Assembly (NCBI GenBank): GCA_000388065.2
Contig: KB932217.1
Direction: 5' to 3' (one strand)
DNA from: Fonticula alba ATCC 38817
Taxonomy: Eukaryota; Protista; Nucleariida
DNA length: 17,290 bases
The position numbers and the translations under genes are program-made. This document shows positions 8,350-16,868 of the stretch, in pieces. Below the pieces are notes generated by a model, which did no database searches, was not told the DNA's origin, and saw only the letters and a list, made by a program, of their open reading frames with translations. Every line of letters starts with the position of its first letter. Within the stretch, counting starts at the first letter, position 1.

Positions 8350-9604
8350 TTACTCGTGCAGCAGGGCCGGGTCGGCGAAGCGCTCGAGGCCGAGCTGGGC
8401 CGATCCGTCATCCACGCGCGGGTCGATCAGCATCCCGCGGATGAGGTTGACATTGGCGTGGTCCTCGGCGGTGATCAGGGCCAGGAAGCCCTCGCGCCCG
8501 AGCAGGCGCTCCGACAGCCGGCGAACGGTTTGCTCGATGGCGGCCAGGAAGGCGGCCTCCTCGCCGGTGGCCGGCGGGGCCGGGACCAGGCGCTGCCGGG
8601 TCCGGAACCCCTGGGCCGCGGCCAGGGCCCGGCGGCTGACCAGCTCCGACACCTCATCGAAGGACCCCAGCTCGCGGGTTACCTCCTGGACCACGGTGTC
8701 GCGCAGGCCCCGCAGGAAGTCCCGCCGGTCGCGCAGAAGCTGGGCCCCGTCCTGCTCGACCATGGCGTCGCCTCGGTGCGCGCAGTATAGCCGCGTTCCG
8801 GCCGGCAGCGTGTCCACCAGGCGCCCGAGCGAGGCGATCTCCACCCGCGGGCGCTCATCCAGCCGGTAGGCCTTCCGCCGCCGGGCGATGAACATATCCC
8901 CGGCGAAGAGGATCTTGTGCTCGGGCGCGAAGATGGCATGGTGGTCGAAGATGTGGCCACTGCCCGGCGGTCCGGCGAAGTGGGCAGGGGGGGGGGGGGC
9001 GGGGCGTTGGGCCGGGTGAGTGTGGGGCCGGTGGCGCGGTGGCCGGGAGGCCGGGCGTCTGGCCGAAGATCGGGCCCATCGGGCGGCGTACGGTGTGTGG
9101 ATGGGCTCCAGCGGCCCGACGTCGGGCCCGGCGTCGAAGCTCGGCCCCAGCACGCCGGTCGGGCTGAATGCCCGGAACCGGCCCCAAATGGCCAGTCGGT
9201 ACCACTCCTGGAAATAACCGGTCTGGCCGGGGGAGGGGGGGGGGGGCAGAAAGGAAAAGGAGAAAGGGATGTCAGTCAAAGGGCCAAGGGGGGCAGATCC
9301 GCATGGGGGGGGGGTCATGCACCTGCACGATCTGGCTTGTCATCGGTGTGCAGTAGACCGGCAGCTGGTGGCGGGCCTGCAGGAGCCCGGCGTTGCCTGT
9401 GTGGTCCTCGTGGTGGTGCGTGACCAGGACCGATGTCGGGGCCTGGTCCGCGTGGAAGGACCGGAAGAGCCGGTCCACCCGGGCCGACACATTGGACGGG
9501 CCGCAGTCGATGACCGTGTCGCCGATGCGGAAAAGCCAGTAGGAGGTGGTTGTGCCGAAGCGCCGGAACCGGCCGACATTGTGGCACTGGACCAGGGGCC
9601 GCAT
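8350..9604 (-). CDS. Metallo-beta-lactamase-fold hydrolase (glyoxalase II-like), ~340 aa, 3 exons
   Basis: Exons 9604-9323, 9222-9092, 8959-8350. Complete MBL metal-ligand set: VIDCG, THHHEDHTGNA (HxHxDH), IHTPGHIFDH (formed only after removing intron 8960-9091), LFAGD, YCAHRG. Confidence 0.92.
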
Positions 9605-9645
9605 GGGATCGGGGCGCAGGGGATCGGGGCGCAGGGGATCGGGGC
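9605..9645. repeat. 15-bp tandem repeat (GGGGCGCAGGGGATC) x~2.7 abutting the MBL start codon
   Basis: Units 9611-9625 and 9626-9640 plus partial flanks, directly 5' of ATG 9604 on the minus strand. Confidence 0.85.
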
Positions 9646-10274
9646 CTGGCTGCCGGTTGCTCGTCTAGGTGCGTCCGGGCCGTCGGTTGCCTGCCGCTTG
9701 CTGTGCGGGAGGGTGGGCGTGGATCCGGGGGTGGGAGGGGGGGCGGATGCGCGGAAGAGAAGATCGGCGGGGGAGGGGGCGAGGCTGGCGATGCGGAAGT
9801 GCCGGCCCCTTGTGGCGAAGGCACCCGGTGGGCCTGCCGTTCTTTGTGCGGGTTCTTTCGGCCGATCTGCCCCTCAGCCTTCACACATGCACATACGCGC
9901 ACGCACTTGGACGCCCCCCGCCCCCGGCAGGCACCACGGACGGAGGGCCGATCCGGGGCCGGGCGCGCACGCCCACACAGCGCCGCAGGATGGCGACCGT
10001 CGGCACCTGGGCTCGGGATCTGGCGGCCTCTCGGCGCCGCGGCCGACAGGTGCGCGTCAGGATGCCATCGATCCGGGCCTCCGAAAAGAGCGCGGGACGG
10101 GCCGGCCGCCTGCGATCGGCACTCGACCCCCCACGCGCGCGCCTCCGCCGCACTGCTTCTCCTCCCCCTGTGCCTTTTCCCCATCTTCCTCTGCCCCCTG
10201 GGTCTTCTCTTGCCGGCACACAGCCGTCCCCCTCCCCCCCTCGCCCCTGGCCCCGGCTCGGCCTCCCCCCTCCC
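9605..10274. promoter_or_regulatory. Probable bidirectional promoter between MBL hydrolase and PIG-W
   Basis: Head-to-head start codons 670 bp apart. Inferred from gene geometry only. Confidence 0.5.
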
Positions 10275-12360
10275 ATGGCTGGCGCCGACTCGCGCCACGA
10301 CTATCGCCAGGCCCAGGAGGCCTGGGTCACCGGGCACACCGGGTCCTCCACGGCCGTGGCCCTGGCTCACAGCCTGCTGGTGGTGGTCCTCTCGGCGGTA
10401 GTCGCTCGCCTGGCGGCGGCCAGCCTGGACCGGCGCCAGGCCGGCACCTACACCCGGCACCTGGGCCTGGAGCTTGTCCTCTCGGCCGGGCCCATGTGGC
10501 TGGCCCTCTGCTGGCCGGAGTGGAATGCCACGGCGCTGGCGGCCCTCGGGGCCCTGGGACTGGCGCTGCTGGCCGACAATGCCGGGGCCGTGTTCGGCCG
10601 GCCGACGCCGGAGGCCGACGCCGCGCGCCTCCAGGCCCTCAATCACCCCCGGAAGTGTGCGTCCCGGCCTGGCCCCCGCCCTCCGCCCGCCATGGCCCAT
10701 GGGGCCTGGCCTCCTATATGCCTGCCTTTCCTCCGGGCCGCGTGGCTGTGCTCCCCCCTCGCGTGCTGCCGCTGCCGCCCCTGAATGAAGGGACCTCTGA
10801 CACTCCGCCCCCGCCTGTAGTGGCACTCAGCCACCTGCGAGCCGGGCTGCTGCTCTCCACCTGCATCGCCATCCTGGCCGTGGATTATGCCATCTTCCCG
10901 CGCAGCTTCGCCAAGACCGAGAACTACGGCATCTCAGTGGTGCGCCCCATGCCGCTGGAGGGAGGGAGGGAGGGTACTCCACGCCGGGGGGCGTCCGGGC
11001 ACGCATGCCAGTCCCCCTCCCCTCCCGTCTCCTTCGAAGCGTGCCACATACACACACACACACACACACACGCACGATCACATGCGTGCACTGACACCCA
11101 GAGCACCCCGGCCCGCAGATGGACGCCGGTGTCGGGTGCTTTGTCTTCATCGGGGCCGTCAGCTCGGCCCGGTGGGCACGCCTGGACCAGGAGCACGACG
11201 CGCCAGCCGGCGTGCCGCTGGCCCGGCGTCTGGGGGACCTTCTGCGCGCGGTCTGGTCCGCCTGGCCGCTGCTGCTGCTGGGATTCGGCCGGCTGCTGGC
11301 CGTCCGATCGACCGGGTATCAGGTGCGCCAACGTGTGCCTCCCCTCTGCCGGGTCTCTGCCGCGCACCGCCTCCCGGACGCGCAAGGGGCCGACGGCCAG
11401 CAAGCGCGACTCACCTCTGCCCCCGTGCCCCCCTTGTACCGGCCCTCGCGCCCCGGGCGCAGGAGCACGCCTCCGAGTATGGCCGGCACTGGAACTTCTT
11501 CTTCACCCTGGGCGCGGTCCCGGCCCTGGTGACCCTGGCCACGGCGGTCTGCCGGCCGGGGCGCTTTGTCTGGCTGCTGGCGGGTCTGCTGCCGGTGTGG
11601 CAGTGGCTGCTCACCGGCTCGCCGGGCCCGGCAGCCGAGCTGGCCATCACCGGCGGCCTCCCGGCCCCCGAGTGGGTGCCCTGGGTGGTGGGGCAAAACC
11701 GCGAGGGGCTGGTCAGCCTGGCCGGGTATCTGGCCATGGCGCTGGCCGGGGCCCGGGCCGCGGTGGCCCTCTTCACCCCGCGCCCGTCGGTGGCCGCCTG
11801 GCGCCGGGTTGCACTGGACCTGCTGGGCGCCAGTGCCCTCTGTTGGGCCGGGTACTTCCTCCTGTCGGAGGTCCTGGGCCTGGACCCCTCGCGACGTGTG
11901 GTACGCTGTGGCTCTCCGGCATCCGGGCGGCGGGGGGATATTATTTTTCTTCACGCCGCGCGCATCCTCCTCGGCCGCCCCTGTCTGTGCCTCCTGCTCA
12001 CTCCTCGGCGTGTGCCCTTTCACCGGCTGACGCGAGGATGCCCAGGCCAATCCGGCCTACGCGCTGTGGATCGTGGCGGCCATGCTCCTGGCGGTCGGGG
12101 CCCTGCTGCTGGCGGAGACGGTGCTCCCGGCTCCCGGCGGGTCGACTGCCGGCGGCCCCCTGGCCCGGGCCCTGACGCGCAACCAGCTGGCCCTCTTCCT
12201 GGCGGCCAATGTCTCCACCGGCCTGGTGAACCTGACCACCCGGACACTGGATGCGTCGCCGGCGGTCGGCCGTCTGGCCATGCTGGCCTACACGGCCTGG
12301 CTTCTGGGCCTGGCCGTGCTGCTGGACCGGGGGCTGGATGTGACGCTTCGGTGGTGGTAA
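10275..12360 (+). CDS. PIGW: GPI inositol acyltransferase PIG-W/GWT1, ~485 aa, 5 exons
   Basis: Exons 10275-10656, 10821-10939, 11119-11322, 11463-11900, 12046-12360 (1458 nt, in frame). Family motifs: [107 protein letters not shown]. Many hydrophobic helices. Confidence 0.96.
11048..11074. repeat. (CA)n microsatellite in PIG-W intron 2
   Basis: catacacacacacacacacacacacgc within intron 10940-11118. Confidence 0.85.
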
Positions 12361-12385
12361 CAATGAACTTGCGAGCGATGGCTGG

Positions 12386-12670
12386 CTGTGCTATGCTATG
12401 CTATGCTATGCTGTGTTGTGTTGTGCTGCGCTGTGTTGTGCTGTGCTGTGCTGTGTTGTGCTGTGCTGTGCTGTGTTGTGCTGTGCTGTGCTATGTTATG
12501 CTGTGTTGCGTTGTGCTGCGCTGTGCTGTGTTGTGCTATGTTATGCTGCGTTATGCTACGCTGCGCCGTGCCATGCTGTGCTGCGTTATGCTGTGCCGTG
12601 CCACACCATGCCGTGCCACACCATGCTGTGCCACACCATGCTGTGCCACACCATGCTGTGCCGTGCCATG
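12386..12670. repeat. Pentamer satellite (YYRYR; CTGTG/CTATG/TTGTG...) of 57 in-phase units, ending in a 15-bp higher-order repeat (CCACACCATGCTGTG)
   Basis: The 5-bp phase is unbroken from 12386 to 12670. The 15-mer recurs about 4 times over 12601-12660. The array starts 26 nt after the PIG-W stop. Confidence 0.95.
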
Positions 12671-13984
12671 CACCACGGGTGTGTATGCCTGCACACGGGC
12701 CCACAGAGGGGGCTGAAGGGCAAAATATGCCCCGGGAGGGGAGGGAATCCACTGACCCGTGTGTGCCCGGAAGGGACACGGCAGAGCGCAACACCCATCC
12801 CCGCCCGCTGACAGGGCACGCACAACCGGGGGGGCGCCCGGTGCGCGCTCACACAGGCACACAAGACGGTGGCCCACATACACGTGCGCGCACGCCAATC
12901 CCCCCGCCCAACAAACTCCACCCGGGGCATCCCCCCGGCAAAGCAAGGCATCTTCAATTATTAAATGGATGGTGGTGCATGTGGAGCGCCGTGCACGGAA
13001 CCAGGGAGGGGAAAAGAGGCACTCCCGCAAGTACGGCCGCCACGAGGGGGGAAGGGCTGGAAAGACTGGAGAGAGGGAGATGAGTTAGGAGAGGGGCAGC
13101 GGGACGCGAGAGGGCGAGAAGAGGGGGGGCAAAGGGGCGCGTGTGGAGAGTCTCCAGGTTATGGGTGATGAAATTGTCGGCATGTGTTTGGTGTCCGAGG
13201 TGATTCTAGGTTGGGATCTTCCTCGACAGACCACACGCGGAGAGGAGCGGGGGCGGGGAGAGGGGGGGAAAGGAAGGGAGGACGCACGGAAACAGGGCGA
13301 GGCACACAGTCGCGGAGGACACGAAAGCACACCCAAAGGGACAACACACAAACACACACACACACGCAGGCGGAGGGCCCGGGGGCCCGCCGCAGAGCGA
13401 CGACCCCGGGCCCGGACACCTGGAGCATGTGTCGCGGTCGCACACCACCGGGCCCAGCGCACGCACTCTTTTCAGGCTGCACATGAGCTCGCTCGCGCTG
13501 CCAGCAAGTAAGAGCCACTCTTTCCCGCCCTTTTGTCGTGCCAATGGACACCCCACGTTGGCATGTCCGCCGGCGCCCCGCCCGCCCCGGGGATGATGTT
13601 TGCTCCCCCCCCCCCCCCGCCGGCCCGCCCGCAAGGAAGCCGGAAACCAATCAAGCAGGGGCGGGGGGAAAGAAGAAAGAAGACAACGCGCACAGCGACG
13701 AGCATGGGGGAGGGATATATTTTTTTGATTGTTTTCTGTTTTCTTTCTGGCAAGGGGAAAAGAACAAGGACACGGTGGTGGTGGGAGGGGGCGCGTGCGA
13801 GCGCACGAGGACTGAGGGCGGGGGGGGGGGGGGAGAGAGAAACAGAGAGGAACAGAGAGAGACAGAGAGGAGGGAGGGGAAAGGCGAAAGGGCGGCGAGG
13901 AGGACAGGCCGCCGGCCGGGGAAGGGTAGCTGGCCCGCGCGCAGACACGCCGCCCTTGCACACGCCGCCCCCCTCACACAAGCA

Positions 13985-14037
13985 AGCGCACGCACGCACG
14001 CACACACGCACACACGCACACACACACACACACACAC
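13985..14037. repeat. (CA/CGCA)n microsatellite directly after the DNAJB12-like stop codon
   Basis: gcgcacgcacgcacgcacacacgcacacacgcacacacacacacacacacac, ending 2 nt from the stop at 14039-14041 (3' UTR, (GT)n on the transcript). Confidence 0.88.
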
Positions 14038-14038
14038 C

Positions 14039-16415
14039 TTAGGACCGGGCTCCAGGGCGGGGCGGCTTGATCGGCGGGGCGGCCGGGATGCGCGCGCGGA
14101 TGGCCGCCGGCTCGGCCTCCAGAGCCGCCTGGCGCCGGGCCAGCAGGTCGCTGATGTCGGTCACCAGCTTGCCGGACTTCAGGGCCCAGTAGATGTCGCA
14201 CGAGTAGGTGGGCCGGGCCTCGGCGACCTTGCGGTCGGCCTCGCTGCCATTCAGGGTAGCATGGCGGAGCAGCCGCTGGCGGATGTCATACTCGGCCTTG
14301 CAGGCGTCGAAGAAGGACCGGACGTACTCGCGCTCGATGGTATGCTCGAGCTGCGGGCCGGAGGGCAAGCGAGGATGGGGTAGCGTACACACACACACAG
14401 AGAGAGAGAGAGAGAAGGGAAGGAGGGAGACAGGGGGCACACCGCGACCGGGGAGCATGCACGCCCGAGGACACACGGAACAAGCGAGGGAAGGGAGCCC
14501 CAGGAACGGCAGAGGGTTAGCGCCCATGGGCGAGATGAGAGGGAGGGAATACCGCACAAGGAGGCGGCCCGCTGGCCCGGAGAAACACGCACCACCTTGA
14601 GCGCGTTCGAGGAGGCCGGGAAGCGCGGGTCGAAAGAGGCCGCCGACACGAAGTACGGCACGGCCATGTTGGCGGTCACCCGCGGTGTGGGGTGCGTGTC
14701 GGCCTGCCGGTAGGTGAAGTCCGGCGGCGCGGTGTAGCTGGCATTGGCGTGGTTGGTTGTCAAGTTCGACAGCAGGAACAGGAAGATGAAGATGATCGGC
14801 AGCACGGTGGCCACCGCGCTCCAAATCTTCTCGATGGGCCCCTGTGGCCCGGCGGCCGCGGCGCCACCATCGCGCGCCCGCGCACGGCCCCGATCCGGAT
14901 GCGAAAACATCCCGGGGAAGTTGTCCCCGCGGACATTGAAAAATTGCGTGTGCATGGCTGGCCACACACGCCGGCGAGGGGCAAATGATGGGACACCCGG
15001 TCAGACAACGGCGCATGTGCTGCTGGCGGCAGGCGAAGGAGGGAAAGGCGCGAGGGCGAGGGGGCGAGGGCCGGGGGAGAGCCATCCAGAAAGCCCCTCA
15101 TCCCCCGGAGGCCCGGCACATAGGACGAGGTGACGCACAGCCCGGCCGCCGCTGGGCACCCTCGAAGGGGCCATACATCATGAAGGTGAACAGGTCATGC
15201 GGGTTCATGTTGGCGAAGTTGAAGTTCGCCCCGTTGTACATGTGTGGGTCGAAGCCCCCGGCCCGGCGCCGGGTCCCGGCCGAGTGCGCCGAGAAGGGGA
15301 ACGTCCCACTGCCGCCGGCGGAGGCGGTGCTCTCGCGGCTGGCGGCCGTGGCCCCGCCGCGCTCGAAGGCGCCGGTCATGTCGAAGCGCCGCCGGCGGTC
15401 ATTGTCCGAGAGGACGCGGAAGGCCTCATCAATCACTGTGGGGAGGGGGGNNNNNNNNNNNNNNNNNNNNNNNNNNNNNNNNNNNNNNNNNNNNNNNNNN
15501 NNNNNNNNNNNNNNNNNNNNNNNNNNNNNNNNNNNNNNNNNNNNNNNNNNNNNNNNNNNNNNNNNNNNNNNNNNNNNNNNNNNNNNNNNNNNNNNNNNNN
15601 NNNNNNNNNNNNNNNNNNNNNNNNNNNNNNNNNNNNNNNNNNNNNNNNNNNNNNNNNNNNNNNNNNNNNNNNNNNNNNNNNNNNNNNNNNNNNNNNNNNN
15701 NNNNNNNNNNNNNNNNNNNNNNNNNNNNNNNNNNNNNNNNNNGGGGGATGAGGGGGGAGGGGGATGAGGGGATGAGAAGGAGAGCAGATGAGGCAATGAA
15801 CGGATGAACGGATGAGCGGATGGGCGGATGAGCGGATGGGCGGATGAGCGGATGAGCGGATGAGCAGAGAAGGGAGAGAACGACGCGAGATCAGCATCGG
15901 CACAGAGAATGCCCCGCCCCCCCCCCCCCTGAGGAGGGATGGCGAGGCACCGGACAAGGCCACGCACTCATGAAGGCCTCCTTGGCACGGGGAGCGTGGT
16001 TCTTGTCGGGGTGGAAATTGAGGGCAAGCTAACACCATCGAGCAGAGTCAGCACAGGGAGGCAGGAAACCGGGGCGAGGGGGGGGGGGGGAGCGCCGAAG
16101 TGGCGGGCAGCACGCGCGACAAACCCCCGAGGGCGTCGCCCCCCGTGCACCGCTTCACGTACCCGGCGATAGGCCCGGCGGATGTCCGTCTCGGTGGCAT
16201 TTTGCGCCACACCGAGCACCGAATAGTAGTCATTGCATCGCAGGATGGCAGCCACGGCCTCCTGCTGCTCCTTCGTGTACGCGGGGGCTGTGGCAAGCCG
16301 CAGGGGGCAAGGGGCGCCAAGGCGGGCGGGCGCAAAGTGGCATTAGTCGAGGGGGCGCGAGCGAGCGAGCGAGCGAGGAAGGGCCAGGCCGGCGGGCCGC
16401 ACCTTGGTCGGTCAT
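14039..16415 (-). CDS. DNAJB12: DnaJ subfamily B member 12/14-like ER membrane J-protein (J domain, G/F-rich region, TM, DUF1977-like C-terminus), ~390 aa, 6 exons
   Basis: Exons 16415-16403, 16287-16163, 16028-15968, 15435-15139, 14957-14593, 14350-14039 (1173 nt, in frame). YTKEQQEAVAAILRCNDYYSVLGV...[38 protein letters not shown] (HPD motif), MNPHDLFTFMMYG, TM VATVLPIIFIFLFLLSNL, then VPYFV and LKVLEHTIEREYVRSFFDAC...SC. Confidence 0.93.
15451..15742. other. Assembly gap (292 N) inside DNAJB12-like intron 3
   Basis: Run of N flanked by G runs on both sides. The flanking exons join in phase across it (A|TG), so no coding sequence needs to be missing. Confidence 0.95.
15801..15864. repeat. 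Octamer tandem repeat (CGGATGRR)x8 in DNAJB12-like intron 3
   Basis: Eight consecutive cggatgaa/cggatgag/cggatggg units. Confidence 0.9.
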
Positions 16416-16824
16416 TCCGCGAGGGCGAACAAGGGGACTGGCCGACGGGCAAGAGGGAGAAGGAGGGAATGAGAGAGGCCGAGACTGGGTAGGGACAGGC
16501 TCCGGCGGTTAAGGGGGAGGGGAGGGGCAACAAGCGGCCAGGGCAGGGCGGGCAAGAGGGGGGGGGGGAGGTAAAGGGGGGGGATGGCTCGGCCGGCCGG
16601 GGTCGCGGGTGATCGGCGGGCGGGCACTTCAGTGGTCACCCCCGCCCTGCGCCGGGCCCCGGGCCCGGGGGGGGGGGCGAGGCCTCCTTCCCGCCGCCCA
16701 GGCCGGCCGGGTTCTGGAGGGACGAAAACAGATGGCCGCCCCCCCCCCCCCCCCGGCCCGGGGTCCCAGCCTACCTGGGCAGGAGGGCGGACCAAAGAAC
16801 ATGTGTGGCCTGGCGCTCGCCCGT

Positions 16825-16868
16825 CCGCGTCTGCGTGTGTGTGCGTGCGTGTGTGTGTGTGTGTGTGT
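16825..16868. repeat. (GT/GCGT)n microsatellite upstream of the DNAJB12-like gene
   Basis: gcgtctgcgtgtgtgtgcgtgcgtgtgtgtgtgtgtgtgtgt. Confidence 0.8.

Noticed and set aside
9269-12175. 968-aa ORF and other long Arg/Pro/Gly-rich ORFs
   Set aside because: GC-driven shadow ORFs; only short pieces coincide with real exons (e.g. PIG-W exon 2).
12601-12670. 15-bp direct repeats as a possible CRISPR array
   Set aside because: The repeats are contiguous with no spacers, there are no cas genes, and the context is eukaryotic.
12388-13083. Cys-rich ORFs (MLCYAMLCCVVLCC...) resembling metallothionein or keratin-associated proteins
   Set aside because: They are translations of the pentamer satellite, with similar repetitive ORFs in several frames and on both strands.
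13143-13230. Lower-GC patch reading ESLQVMGDEIVGMCLVSEVILGWDLP
   Set aside because: Non-ATG start, no homology recognised, and it degrades into repeat-derived sequence; probably UTR or intergenic.
13476-13507. Possible 32-nt plus-strand exon (TTTTCAG ... CAA|GTAAGA) in the PIG-W/DnaJ intergenic region
   Set aside because: No partner exons or start codon were found, there is no recognisable product, and GTAAG is not the donor type used by the genes in this window.
4936-16415. Functional ER/surface-biogenesis cluster (surface protein, PIG-W, DNAJB12-like)
   Set aside because: The genes are interleaved with unrelated ones in mixed orientations, and secretory-pathway genes are common enough for chance adjacency. 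The surface protein has a TM helix and tail rather than an evident GPI signal.
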